A DNA stretch of 64,000 nucleotides from Candidatus Poriferisodalis sp. (GCF_965198245.1 NZ_OZ240249.1:1244200-1308199); one strand, 5' to 3'. Positions 10,180 through 19,810 are shown, counted from the stretch's first letter. Numbers and translations: made by a program. The notes: a model not told the origin generated them from the letters alone.

Positions 10180-11619
10180 ATGGACACGCGCTCTGGGGAC
10201 GAAGCGGGCATCTGCGGGCTGACGGCGACGCAGATGGCGGCGATGCTGGCGAACGGTGAGATCTCGGCGCGAGAATTGCTCGCGGCACACCTTGAACGCA
10301 TCAGCCGGGTCAATCCGGCCGTGAATGCGATTGTGACATTCACGCCCGAACTGGCCGCCGAGCGGGCGGCTGCGGCCGATGAAGCCCACGCCCGCGGCGA
10401 GTCGCTCGGGTTGCTGCATGGTCTGCCGGTGGCGCACAAGGATCTGGCGCTCACCGCCGGTGTTCGCACCACGTTGGGCTCGCCGCTGTTCGCAGACTTC
10501 GTGCCGGACATCGATGCGCTGGTGGTCGAGCGTCAGCACCAGGCGGGGGCAGTCATGGTGGGCAAGACCAACACACCCGAGTTCGGCGCCGGCTCGCACA
10601 CGTTCAATCCGGTGTTCGGCATCACCCGCAACCCCTACAACGTTGCCAAGACATGCGGAGGTTCCAGCGGGGGAGCAGCGGTTGCACTGGCTACCCGGAT
10701 GCTGCCGCTGTGCGACGGCTCGGACCTCGGTGGCTCGCTGCGCAACCCTGCCGCGTTCTGCAACATCGTGGGCTTCCGGCCATCCCCAGGACGGGTGCCG
10801 TCAACCACCTCGCAGGACGCTTGGTTCCCGTTGGCCGTCGAAGGCCCGATGGGGCGGACCGTGACCGACGTGGCGTTCTTCCTGCAGGCGCTCGCCGGTC
10901 CCGATGCCCGCTCGCCGGTGTCGAACCAGGAGTCGCCGGAGGTCTTTGCAGGCTCGCTGGAGCGAGATCTGCGCGGCGTGCGGGTGGCGTGGTCGCCCGA
11001 TGCGGGCGGACTGCCCATCGATCCTGCGGTGCGGGCCGCGACGGCGAACGTGCCTGATGTGCTCACCGACTTGGGCTGCGAGGTCGTCGAGGCCTGGCCG
11101 GACCTGTCCGATGCCCCGCAGATCTTCCAGGCCCGGCGGGCGTGGCTGTTCGCTGTCGGCTTCGGGCCGCTGCTGGAGCAGTACCGGGGCCAGCTGAAAC
11201 ACACCGTGGCGTGGAACATCGAACAGGGTCTCGCCATGTCCATCGGCGAGTACACCGACATCTGCCGTCGCCACACCCAGCTATACGCCGACATCGATGC
11301 GTTCATGTCCCCTGCCGATGGCGGCTTCGAGTTCCTTGCGTGCCCGACCACTCAGGTGCCGCCGTTCGATGTCGAGGTCGAGTACCCCACCGAGATCGAA
11401 GGTGTCGAATTCGAAACCTACATCGACTGGATGCGCTCGTGCAGCGACATCACTGTCACGACCCACCCGGCCATCTCAGTGCCGGCCGGCTTCACCACCG
11501 ACGGCCTGCCCGTCGGCCTGCAACTGGTAGGCCGCCATCGCGCCGACCGCTCAGTGCTTGAACTCGCTCACGCTTGGGAGTCCGTCACCCGCCACATCGA
11601 CGTGCTCCCTTCGCTCTAG
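10180..11619 (+). CDS. Amidase-signature (AS) family amidase
   Basis: 479 aa. AS signature GGSSGGAAVALA with upstream K (AHKD) and CDGSDLGGSLRNPA. Divergent from the M20 gene with only ~40 bp between them. Confidence 0.85.
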   Translation: MDTRSGDEAGICGLTATQMAAMLANGEISARELLAAHLERISRVNPAVNAIVTFTPELAAERAAAADEAHARGESLGLLHGLPVAHKDLALTAGVRTTLGSPLFADFVPDIDALVVERQHQAGAVMVGKTNTPEFGAGSHTFNPVFGITRNPYNVAKTCGGSSGGAAVALATRMLPLCDGSDLGGSLRNPAAFCNIVGFRPSPGRVPSTTSQDAWFPLAVEGPMGRTVTDVAFFLQALAGPDARSPVSNQESPEVFAGSLERDLRGVRVAWSPDAGGLPIDPAVRAATANVPDVLTDLGCEVVEAWPDLSDAPQIFQARRAWLFAVGFGPLLEQYRGQLKHTVAWNIEQGLAMSIGEYTDICRRHTQLYADIDAFMSPADGGFEFLACPTTQVPPFDVEVEYPTEIEGVEFETYIDWMRSCSDITVTTHPAISVPAGFTTDGLPVGLQLVGRHRADRSVLELAHAWESVTRHIDVLPSL

Positions 11620-11908
11620 CGCCAGTTGTAGGAACATCCGCCCTGGGTTCGTTGAGCACATATGGAGAGCTCGATCAGCCGCGAAGCACATGCACCGCGG
11701 CTAGGTCTTCGCGTGGGCTGTTGCGGGCGGTGTTGGGCCAGCCAATCTCGTTGGATCGCGAACTGGGGTCAGCACACCCGACCTCATCTTCGTCGGCGTG
11801 CTCGCCGTCGCCACCGTCGTGGCCTTCGCGGTCTGCGCCATGTGCAACATCGACATGCGAACAGTGCGCGCTTGCGCCACCCGTCTGCAAAAAGTGCGTA
11901 CGAGGCGG

Positions 11909-13501
11909 CTAGTCGCTCACACTCCGTGCTGGTGACATGACAACGTCGAGTGTCGGGTGCTTCGGGTCGAATCTGATCTTCTGTAGATCGAGAGCGGTGA
12001 GCGGATCGTCGTCTGCCTGCAACCAATCGAGCTCTCGGAGCCACATCGGCTCAAGCACTGACCGGAGTTCATCCGTCAGTCGTGTACCAGCTCGACAGCG
12101 CACGACCGATGCATCCATGCCACCGAGTGCGTAGACGGCCCACCTCCGGGCCGGCTCGTCCTCGTCGCACGCATCGAGAAGTGTCTCAACGTCGTGGATA
12201 CGGGCAAGGACATTTGCTGCGGCTGCGGCCTTGCGCTGATCGCCACTGCCCAACCAGTCCAGCAAGGTCGTTCTGGTCGCGTCGGAGACGGAGTCGATCG
12301 CGCTAACGGCGTGGACGGCAACGAGCGGATTGTCGTCAAGCATGACCGGTATCAAGCGGTCAGGGCTTGCGGCAGCACCCTGACCAACGCCCCATGCAGC
12401 CGCGGCGCGCACATCCTCATGCAGGTCAATGTTTGTCGCGATGTCGAATAGGGCCTCAAGAGCCGCTGATGCATCAACTTCGGTAAGCGCGAGCACGGCC
12501 TCCATCGACCGCTCGTGCTCCTCACTGGCGTCCATCGATGCGGCAATCAGTGGTACCCAATTTCTTGAGTCGCTTCGTGCAAGTGCAACTTGGGCTTCGA
12601 GCCGTATTCGCCAATCCTCCTCAGCGTCATGGGCAACATTTCTGAGGAGCTCGATCACTTGCGCATGAGGCTGGGTACCGACTGCACGCATCGCTGCCAG
12701 GCGTTCAACTTCGTTCGGGTCTTGCAGCGCTGCAGACACGTCCCAAATGGCCCCCGGACACGAGAGCGACTCGGGTGGTGTGACGATGCCTGCGACGATC
12801 TGCTCGCCGGGCTCAAACTTGTCGCCCGGCGCCAAGTAGACGTGACCTTCGCTTGGCCAATCACGCCACTGCCAGTAACTCCGCCGCTCGCCGGTTTCTT
12901 TGCGAACGGCGATCCGGCCATCAGAGTCAACGCACTCGAAGGTGCCTCCGAATTTGGGTGACCAGCTCTTCCACTTCATCATCAGCTCGGATCCATCCGA
13001 CTGTGACTTGCGACCTGAGCGCATGGCGTGTGTCTCACGAGCGCGAAGTGCCGCGGTTGAAAACCAGACGGGATCAGCCACGTCTGGTGGGAACTCGTCC
13101 TGATTCGACCGGACGCGCATGAACGCGTACAAGTCGGAATCGCGCATCCCTCCGTCGTCCCACCGTCGTCCCGGTGTGTCCGAGTGCGAAAGCACGATCT
13201 CCAACGTGGACTTGGCGCGAGCTTCGATCCTGAGACCGCACTGGGTGCAGACGAGGTCGGGCAGGCGGAGGCGCTTCACCTTGGATTGCCAGACCTTGTT
13301 GGCCGTCGCATAACGCTCTAGCTCAATGGGCTGGTGGCCGTGGCGCTCCCGCAGGACATCGGCGGCCACGGCGGCGCCGACGGCACCCATCGCGACGAAG
13401 CGAGCAAATTTCGCATCTTCCTTGAAACCCACTGCCGCGCCTGCTCCCTCCGGCATGATGTGACATATGACCCGACGCGCCAACGCTAGGGCCGCTTCCA
13501 A
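11909..13501 (-). CDS. Hypothetical protein: N-terminal ~240 aa with a tentative PD-(D/E)xK-like signature, C-terminal ~290 aa of HEAT/PBS-lyase-like repeats. Candidate partner of the adjacent DNA methyltransferase.
   Basis: N-terminal segment IELERY...LPDLVCTQCGLRIEARAKS resembles E...PD...ExxxK nuclease cores, though not canonically. The C-terminal half has repeated helical units of the VRxxAAxALG type (DWRIRLEAQVALARS, HEDVRAAAAWGVGQG, QRKAAAAANVLARI, EPARRWAVYALGG). The start is more likely Met16 at 13456, because 13501 overlaps the divergent MTase start. Confidence 0.5.
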   Translation of the reverse strand: MEAALALARRVICHIMPEGAGAAVGFKEDAKFARFVAMGAVGAAVAADVLRERHGHQPIELERYATANKVWQSKVKRLRLPDLVCTQCGLRIEARAKSTLEIVLSHSDTPGRRWDDGGMRDSDLYAFMRVRSNQDEFPPDVADPVWFSTAALRARETHAMRSGRKSQSDGSELMMKWKSWSPKFGGTFECVDSDGRIAVRKETGERRSYWQWRDWPSEGHVYLAPGDKFEPGEQIVAGIVTPPESLSCPGAIWDVSAALQDPNEVERLAAMRAVGTQPHAQVIELLRNVAHDAEEDWRIRLEAQVALARSDSRNWVPLIAASMDASEEHERSMEAVLALTEVDASAALEALFDIATNIDLHEDVRAAAAWGVGQGAAASPDRLIPVMLDDNPLVAVHAVSAIDSVSDATRTTLLDWLGSGDQRKAAAAANVLARIHDVETLLDACDEDEPARRWAVYALGGMDASVVRCRAGTRLTDELRSVLEPMWLRELDWLQADDDPLTALDLQKIRFDPKHPTLDVVMSPARSVSD

Positions 13502-15272
13502 CGGACAGGCCGGGCTTTTCGGCCCGGCCAGCGAATCAGTTCATTCGCTACCAGATTCGGTCACCGTGAAGCGTTCCGATCCGGTGTACATGGCGCACGC
13601 GTACTTGACGAAGGTTCCGGTGGCGGCGGTCGTCCCATTCATCGACGCTATGACCGCACCTGGCGACATCGTGCTCGATCCCTTCGCAGGGTCCGGCATG
13701 ACCGGGGTTGCTGCGCTCGTGGCAGGCCGACGTGCTCGGTTGTTCGATGTATCGGTGCTCGGTCGGCACATTGGTAGCAACTACGCCAATCTCGTCGACA
13801 CAGGATCTCTTCAACGGCATGGCGCGGAAGCGGTTGAACGAGCGCGCGAGGTTGTCGGGGACATCTACGGCTCGACGTGCTCTGCATGCGGAGGACGCGC
13901 CGAGACTGCAAAGGCCATCTGGTCGTGCGTGGTCGAGTGCGGGGGCTGCGATGCCCGCGTCAACTACTACGCGTCCCTTCGAGAAGCCGACTGGCACAAG
14001 GCCGCGATGGCCTGCTTCCGTTGCGGGGAGACAGTTGGCAGCCGTTCATCGAGGACAGGTGAGGAGCCGGTCGTTGACTCGGTCGTATGCTCTTGTGCCG
14101 CAATACAGCGCGAACAACCCTGGTCTGAGCCGCTCGAGGTAGCTCAGGAGGCCGACCTGACTTGGCCCGACGTTCCAATCGAGCCGACACGCCAGATGTA
14201 CCAGGCATCGGCGCTCGGGCGTCACGGCCTCACTTCGACAGCGACCTTCTACAGCACACGGAATCTCTGCGCACTTGCAGCTTTGCGCGACGCGATCGAC
14301 GCAACGGATGACTCTGCGATCCGCCGCAAGCTTCTCTTTGCGTTCACTGCAATCCTGACCCGCGCAAGCAAGCGATACCAGTGGTCGCGTCAACGACCCC
14401 TGAATGCGGCGAACGCGAACTACTACATCGCGCCGGTCTTCTACGAGTGGAACGTGTTCGACCTCTTCACCCGAAAGGTCGATGCAGTTGCCCGGTCGGA
14501 CGAATGGATACGGGCACGTAGATGCGAACGCGGACTGGTCGCCGGAGTGGAGAACGGGGACGTCAGGTACGACGTCGCTTCCGCCACATCCCTGCCGCTA
14601 GAAGACGAGTCTGTCGACTACGTCTTCACCGATCCGCCCTTCGGCTCGAACATCTTCTACTCAGACATGAGCCTGTTCCAAGAGGCGTGGCTGCCAGGTC
14701 ACCAGCTCACTGATGCGGGACTAGAAGCGGTTGTGGACAGGACAGACACCGGGTCGTATCGCTCACCGGATCGGTACGAGGAGATGTTGACGGAGGCGCT
14801 ACGCGAGTGCCGCCGCGTCTTGAAGCCGAACGGCTATATCACTCTGCTCTTCGGCAACAGCAGTGGGGGTGTCTGGCGTCTCTTGCAACGAGCGATTGCT
14901 GCAGCCGATCTCGTTGTCGTGCCCGAACTCATTGCGACGCTCGACAAGGGCCAGCGGTCAGTCAAAGGCCTTGCATCTGGATTCGAGCATGTCTCGACGG
15001 TCGATCTAATGTTGACGATGACCAGCGGTGTTCCACCGGCTTCGGTGGCAGTCCCGATGTCTGCGGAACTCGAAGATGTCGTCCGGGGGATCACCTCGCG
15101 TGATGGTGAGCTCAGCCCGAGCCAGTGCTACGTGGAGGCTGTGCGCGAGGGATTCCGACGTGACTGGGACCTGTCAGCTATCGACCTTGGAGCGGTGACC
15201 AAGCTGCTTCGCGAAGCTGACTATGAGGTTGATCGGCGGACTGGCATGCTTCGCCGCAAGTCGGCCGCCTGA
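13467..15272 (+). CDS. N6-adenine/N4-cytosine DNA methyltransferase. The SAM motif I comes before catalytic motif IV, and a Cys-rich Zn-ribbon insert lies between them.
   Basis: Motif X/I block HAYLTKVPVAAVVPFIDAMTAPGDIVLDPFAGSGMTGVAA near the N-terminus. Catalytic DYVFTDPPFGSNIFYSD at about aa 395, followed by RVLKPNGYITLLFGNS. Four Cys pairs (CSACGG, CVVECGGC, CFRCGE) sit in the presumed target-recognition region. Confidence 0.8.
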   Translation: MTRRANARAASNGQAGLFGPASESVHSLPDSVTVKRSDPVYMAHAYLTKVPVAAVVPFIDAMTAPGDIVLDPFAGSGMTGVAALVAGRRARLFDVSVLGRHIGSNYANLVDTGSLQRHGAEAVERAREVVGDIYGSTCSACGGRAETAKAIWSCVVECGGCDARVNYYASLREADWHKAAMACFRCGETVGSRSSRTGEEPVVDSVVCSCAAIQREQPWSEPLEVAQEADLTWPDVPIEPTRQMYQASALGRHGLTSTATFYSTRNLCALAALRDAIDATDDSAIRRKLLFAFTAILTRASKRYQWSRQRPLNAANANYYIAPVFYEWNVFDLFTRKVDAVARSDEWIRARRCERGLVAGVENGDVRYDVASATSLPLEDESVDYVFTDPPFGSNIFYSDMSLFQEAWLPGHQLTDAGLEAVVDRTDTGSYRSPDRYEEMLTEALRECRRVLKPNGYITLLFGNSSGGVWRLLQRAIAAADLVVVPELIATLDKGQRSVKGLASGFEHVSTVDLMLTMTSGVPPASVAVPMSAELEDVVRGITSRDGELSPSQCYVEAVREGFRRDWDLSAIDLGAVTKLLREADYEVDRRTGMLRRKSAA

Positions 15273-15354
15273 GCGTCCCAAACAACGCGCGCCCTAGCTT
15301 CACAGTGCGAAGAGCCGCACGAAGGGACTCATCGGCATCGGTAGCCTGCCGCCC

Positions 15355-16452
15355 GTGTCTGAGGCGACGTCTGACGGGTCAGTAACGGCCGTTGAGGCCC
15401 ATGGACTCGTCCGCGACTTCGGTTCGGTGAGGGCGGTCGACGGCGTAGATCTGCTGGTCCGCCAAGGTGAGATCTTCGGCTTTCTGGGTCCGAACGGCGC
15501 TGGCAAGAGCACGACCGTGCGCATGCTGTGCACGCTGCTGCGCCCGACGGCGGGCACCGCCAGGGTTGCCGGCTACGACGTGGCGAGAAGCCCCGGTGAG
15601 GTGCGGATCCGCATCGGCGTCGCCATGCAAGACGCAGCGCTCGACGAGAAGCAGACCGGCCGCGAGATCCTTGACCTGCAGGCCCGGCTCTATGGGCTGC
15701 GCCCCGCCGACCGGGCTGCATCCATTGAGCGAGCTATCGACCTCGCCGACATTGGCGACGCCATCGATGCCCGTATCTCCACCTACAGCGGTGGAATGAA
15801 ACGGCGGCTGGACCTAGCGGCGTCGCTGATCCACGCACCGGAGGTGATCTTCTTGGACGAGCCCACAACGGGCCTCGACCCTGTGAGCCGAACCCAGGTG
15901 TGGGACGAGGTGCGCCGCCTCAATGACGAGCTGGGCGTGACGGTCTTCCTGACGACCCAATACCTGGAAGAAGCCGATGTGCTGGCCGATCGCGTGGCGA
16001 TCCTGGCCGATGGGCGCATCGTGCAACAGGGCACCCCCACCGAGCTGAAGCGCGCCGTGGGCGCCGACGTGATCGTGGTGGATCTCGAGCCCGAGGACAT
16101 CGCTAGCGCGACGGAGGCGGCGAAGACCGTGCCTCAGGCTGACGATGTGACTGCGGGTCGCCACGGCATCACCATTGCGACCTCGGACGGTGCCGGCCTG
16201 GTCGGTGCAGTTGCTGTGGCACTGGCCGGTGCCGACGTGCATCCCACAGCGCTCACCGTGCGGACACCCTCGCTCGACGACGTGTTCCTTCAGGCGACGG
16301 GCTACCGCATGGCCGCAGCCGAAGAAGCTGCTGCAGAGAGCGCAGTAGCAGCCGAGGAGGCTGTTGGAGAGGGTGCTGTGGAGCAGGCCGATTCGGTCGC
16401 CCCAAGCACACAGGTGGACGGCCAGCACACCGTTGCGGAACGCGCATCATGA
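15355..16452 (+). CDS. ABC transporter ATP-binding protein (DrrA/ABC-2 exporter type)
   Basis: Walker A GPNGAGKST, signature YSGGMKRRLDLA, Walker B IFLDEPTTGLDP. Long Ala/Glu-rich C-terminal tail. 4-nt overlap with the permease gene. Confidence 0.85.
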   Translation: MSEATSDGSVTAVEAHGLVRDFGSVRAVDGVDLLVRQGEIFGFLGPNGAGKSTTVRMLCTLLRPTAGTARVAGYDVARSPGEVRIRIGVAMQDAALDEKQTGREILDLQARLYGLRPADRAASIERAIDLADIGDAIDARISTYSGGMKRRLDLAASLIHAPEVIFLDEPTTGLDPVSRTQVWDEVRRLNDELGVTVFLTTQYLEEADVLADRVAILADGRIVQQGTPTELKRAVGADVIVVDLEPEDIASATEAAKTVPQADDVTAGRHGITIATSDGAGLVGAVAVALAGADVHPTALTVRTPSLDDVFLQATGYRMAAAEEAAAESAVAAEEAVGEGAVEQADSVAPSTQVDGQHTVAERAS

Positions 16453-17270
16453 CCGACACTGCTGCGGCCGCTGGTGGCCACCTGACGCACGGAGTCAGTT
16501 TCCTCACCGACATAGCGACGATCTCCCGGCGGGCTGTCCGCAGCGTGGTTCGCGAACCCGAGTACATGATCCCGGCGCTGATCATTCCCGTCTTCTTCTT
16601 TGTCGTGAATACCGGCGCTCTGGAGTCGTTCGTGGAGGGTCAGGCGCCTTCGGGGAGCAATGTCGGCCTCGACTACCGGGCTTTCCAGCTTCCCGTCGCG
16701 ATCATCTTTGCCGTCACGGGCATTTCTCGGGCCAGCGTGCTCGTGATCGACATTCAGTCCGGCTATCTCGACCGGATGCTCGTGACGCCGATTCGCCGAT
16801 CCACGCTGCTGTTCGGGCTGATGGTGGCTGACATCGTGATGGCGCTCGGACTGGCCCTGTTCGTGGTCGCGATGGGCCTTGGCTTCGGGGTGTGGTTCGA
16901 GACCGGCTTCTTGGGGTTCTTGGTCTTCTTGCTGCTCGCTATCGCCTGGAGCGTGGCGTACAGCGGCATCCCCTACACAGTTGCGCTGCGCACCGGGAAT
17001 CCGGCCGCGGTGAACTCGTCGTTCTTGATCTTCTTCCCGTTCGCGTTCCTGACGCCGTCATTCCTGCCACGAGAGCTGATGTCAGGCTGGCTGCGCACGG
17101 TGGCGGCGTGGAACCCTGTCACCTATCTCATGGAGGCGATGCGGGCGATCCTGTTCGAGGGCTGGGACGGGCTCATGATCCTCAAGGGAGCCGCCGCCAT
17201 CGTTGGACTCGCCATCGTGACCTTCTACATAGCGTTCAGATCGCTCGGTCGCCGGGTGGCGACGGGTTAG
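16449..17270 (+). CDS. ABC-2 type transporter permease
   Basis: 273 aa with about 6 hydrophobic spans. Translationally coupled to the ATPase. Confidence 0.8.
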   Translation: MTDTAAAAGGHLTHGVSFLTDIATISRRAVRSVVREPEYMIPALIIPVFFFVVNTGALESFVEGQAPSGSNVGLDYRAFQLPVAIIFAVTGISRASVLVIDIQSGYLDRMLVTPIRRSTLLFGLMVADIVMALGLALFVVAMGLGFGVWFETGFLGFLVFLLLAIAWSVAYSGIPYTVALRTGNPAAVNSSFLIFFPFAFLTPSFLPRELMSGWLRTVAAWNPVTYLMEAMRAILFEGWDGLMILKGAAAIVGLAIVTFYIAFRSLGRRVATG

Positions 17271-17331
17271 ACGCAGTCGCCGGGTGGCGACGGGTTAGAC
17301 GCAGTCGCCGGGTGGCGACGGGTTAGACGCA
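17248..17331. repeat. Three perfect tandem copies of a 28-bp unit (GTCGCCGGGTGGCGACGGGTTAGACGCA), each containing the hairpin GTCGCC-gggt-GGCGAC
   Basis: Read directly: units at 17248..17275, 17276..17303 and 17304..17331. Unit 1 is the last 23 nt of the permease gene including its TAG stop. Units 2-3 fill the gap up to the convergent MBL gene stop at 17337. Confidence 0.9.
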
Positions 17332-17336
17332 GCGGC

Positions 17337-17978
17337 TTACCAGCCTCGGTCGATCCACTCCTGCAGATGCGGAGACTCGTTGCCGATCGTGGTGTCGAGG
17401 CCGTGACCGGGCAGCACCATCGTGTCGCCCCCGAACGCCGAGAACATCCGATCCTCGATGCTGCGAACGATCTGATCGAAGTCGCCGCCGAATCCCGTTG
17501 CGCCGGGTCCACCCGGGAAGAGCGTGTCGCCGGTGAAGAGCAGCGGCGTGCCCTCCACATGGAAGCTCATGGAGCCAGCGGTGTGGCCCGGGTTGTGGAT
17601 GGTGCGTATCCGCAGGCGACCCACCTCGATGACCGAGTCGTCCTCGAGAATGAAGTCGTAACTCGGCAGCATCGACGAGTCTTCAGCGGTGATGCCCACC
17701 TCGATGCCCGCGTCGCGAATGGCCGGGACCGCCTGTATGTGGTCCCAATGACCGTGCGTCTCGACAACCTTGGTCACGCCGAGCGCCTGGCACACCTCGA
17801 GCAGACGCTCGTGCTCGTTCGCGGCGTCGATGAGCATCGCCTCGCCGGTCTCGGTACAGCGGATGGTGAAGACGTTGTTGTCGAAGTCGTCGGGGAAGCC
17901 ACTGGGCAAGTCACCTTCGATGGGGCGCACGACGTGCTTGTGGACTTCGATGCCGGTGCCGGACCAGTGCAATGCCAT
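17337..17978 (-). CDS. MBL-fold metallo-hydrolase (glyoxalase II-like)
   Basis: 213 aa with the HxHxDH motif (ETHGHWDHIQA), then HNPGHTAGS and the downstream metal ligands TGDTLF and LPGHG. Confidence 0.8.
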   Translation of the reverse strand: MALHWSGTGIEVHKHVVRPIEGDLPSGFPDDFDNNVFTIRCTETGEAMLIDAANEHERLLEVCQALGVTKVVETHGHWDHIQAVPAIRDAGIEVGITAEDSSMLPSYDFILEDDSVIEVGRLRIRTIHNPGHTAGSMSFHVEGTPLLFTGDTLFPGGPGATGFGGDFDQIVRSIEDRMFSAFGGDTMVLPGHGLDTTIGNESPHLQEWIDRGW

Positions 17979-18049
17979 GTCCGCATCCTAGGAGCGCGGC
18001 AGGCGTGCGTCCCTCGCCCGCCAGCGATAGGGCATCGTCAGGGCGTTGC

Positions 18050-19810
18050 TCAGGCTGCGTCGACCCGCACGGCGACCCGGTGCCAGCCTTCGGCACCATC
18101 GGGCCGGACGTCCTTCGGACCCTCGGGCTGCGTCATGCCGGTGCCGTCGATGGCCCGAACTTGCAGCGAGTGCGTGCCTGCGGTGGGCGTCCAGGCCAGG
18201 TGCCACTGCACCCAGCTCTCGTCACCCAGCGCCTCGCCCAGCTCGCATTGCTGCCACGGGCCGTCGTCGATGCGCACCTCGACAGCGCTGATGCCTCGAG
18301 TCGGCGCCCAGGCGATGCCTGCAATGGCGGTTGGGGTTCCGGCGACGGGGCGATCACCGCTGCCGGGCACGTCGATGCGGCTCTGCGTCTTCATGGGCCC
18401 CCGCTTGGACCATCCCCGCGGCACCCAGTAGCCGTCGAAGCCATCCCAGGTGGTGAGGTGAATCTCCTCGATCCACTTCACGGCCGACACGTAGCCATAC
18501 AGGCCTGCCACCACCAGGCGGGCGGGGAAGCCGTGGGAGGTGGGCAATGGCTCGCCGTTCATGCCGACGGCCAGCACTGCGTTGCGGCCGTCGCGCAGGA
18601 TCCCTGTCGGGAATCCGGCGGTCCAGTCGTCCACCGAGCGACCGACGACCTGGTCGGCACCGTCTCGCACCCCTGCCCGGTCGAGCAGGTCCACCAGCGG
18701 CACACCGGTCCAGATGGCGTTGCCGACGAGACGGCCGCCGACACGATTCGACACGCACGACAGCGTGATGACGTGTTCTTGCAGGTCCATCGCCAAGATC
18801 TCGTCAAAGGTCAGCTCGTAGGGGTTGTCGACCATTCCGGTGAAACGGAGCTTCCAGTTGGCCGGGTCGACCTGCGGCACCGTCAGCGCCGTGTCGATCC
18901 GGTAGAAGTCGTCGTTGGGCGTCAGGTAGCGGGAGATGCCGGCGACCTCGTCGAGCGTGTCCAGCGCGGCCACCTCGGCGGCTGCCGCTCGGCGGGCCGC
19001 AGTCGTAGCGCTTGTCTCTGCTGCAGTCGCGGCACCCGCGGCGGCGGCGGTGGTGGGGGGCGCGGACGGACTCAGGTTGATGTTGGCCCGGGCGGTCTCT
19101 GCCGCTGAGGGGCCGCGTACTCCCCGTCCCAGCGCCACAAGGCCCACAGCCGCCACGCCGGCGCCGCCGACGCCGAGCAGGAACGCCCGTCGGCTGGCAT
19201 CGGGAGCCGGATCCGGAGCTTCCCCAGCGGCAGGTTCGAGCGGCGGTTGATCGTCGCTGTGTGGGGGACTGTGGGCTGGGGCAAGTCGCAAGAGCATTCT
19301 CAGCGTGAGGTAGCCGAGCGCTGCTGCGATCACGGCAACGATCCACGAGCCGACGAACGGGCTCATCGGGTTGCGGGCTGCAGTCCATCCGCCGATGACG
19401 GCGAACGCAGCGAAGCCTGCGAACGGCACCCAGCGTCGGCGCGACGCCATCGCGCAGGCACCCAGCAGGCCGCCGATGAACAGCGAGACCCCGACGATGC
19501 CGATCGCCAGCACCGCCTTGTCCTTCTCGCCGAACAACTCGATGCTCAGCTTCACGGCCCAGTCAGGCGAGTAGTCCACTAACGCCTCGCCGACGGCGAC
19601 CACCAGCGACGGGATCGTGTCGACCAGCCCGTCCATCAGCTCCCCGAACGCCAACGCCACGGCAGCACCCGCAATGCCGGCCAGCAAGCCGGCACCAGCA
19701 CCGGGCCGCCCGATAAGCCGGCGTACCGCGCCGCCATTCGATGCGGTCGACGCGACCGTGCCCGTTTCAGGCGTGTCCGCGTCTGGGGTCTGGCTGGACC
19801 CGTCGCTCAT
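18050..19810 (-). CDS. Membrane-anchored molybdopterin-dependent oxidoreductase (sulfite-oxidase family: Mo-binding plus dimerisation domains)
   Basis: The N-terminal ~200 aa contain several TM helices, followed by an Ala-rich linker. Then the SO-family core (FYRIDTAL, ITLSCVSNRVGG, NGEPLPTSHGFPARLVVAGLYGYVSAVKW) and a C-terminal Ig-like domain. Confidence 0.75.
   Translation of the reverse strand: MSDGSSQTPDADTPETGTVASTASNGGAVRRLIGRPGAGAGLLAGIAGAAVALAFGELMDGLVDTIPSLVVAVGEALVDYSPDWAVKLSIELFGEKDKAVLAIGIVGVSLFIGGLLGACAMASRRRWVPFAGFAAFAVIGGWTAARNPMSPFVGSWIVAVIAAALGYLTLRMLLRLAPAHSPPHSDDQPPLEPAAGEAPDPAPDASRRAFLLGVGGAGVAAVGLVALGRGVRGPSAAETARANINLSPSAPPTTAAAAGAATAAETSATTAARRAAAAEVAALDTLDEVAGISRYLTPNDDFYRIDTALTVPQVDPANWKLRFTGMVDNPYELTFDEILAMDLQEHVITLSCVSNRVGGRLVGNAIWTGVPLVDLLDRAGVRDGADQVVGRSVDDWTAGFPTGILRDGRNAVLAVGMNGEPLPTSHGFPARLVVAGLYGYVSAVKWIEEIHLTTWDGFDGYWVPRGWSKRGPMKTQSRIDVPGSGDRPVAGTPTAIAGIAWAPTRGISAVEVRIDDGPWQQCELGEALGDESWVQWHLAWTPTAGTHSLQVRAIDGTGMTQPEGPKDVRPDGAEGWHRVAVRVDAA

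Noticed and set aside
11790-11935. Possible short hydrophobic ORF (…DLIFVGVLAVATVVAFAVCAMCNIDMRTV…) in the spacer left of the HEAT-repeat gene
   Set aside because: It has no convincing start codon or RBS, it overlaps the 3' end of the convergent gene, and it is below any reasonable evidence threshold.
11865-15310. Shared octamer ACAGTGCG on both sides of the MTase/HEAT module as possible target-site duplication
   Set aside because: An 8-nt match in GC-rich DNA is expected by chance, and there is no extended repeat or inverted terminal structure.
17248-17331. Possible CRISPR array (regularly spaced hairpin repeats)
   Set aside because: The repeats are directly abutting with no spacers. There are only three units, the first is part of a coding sequence, and there are no cas genes in the window.
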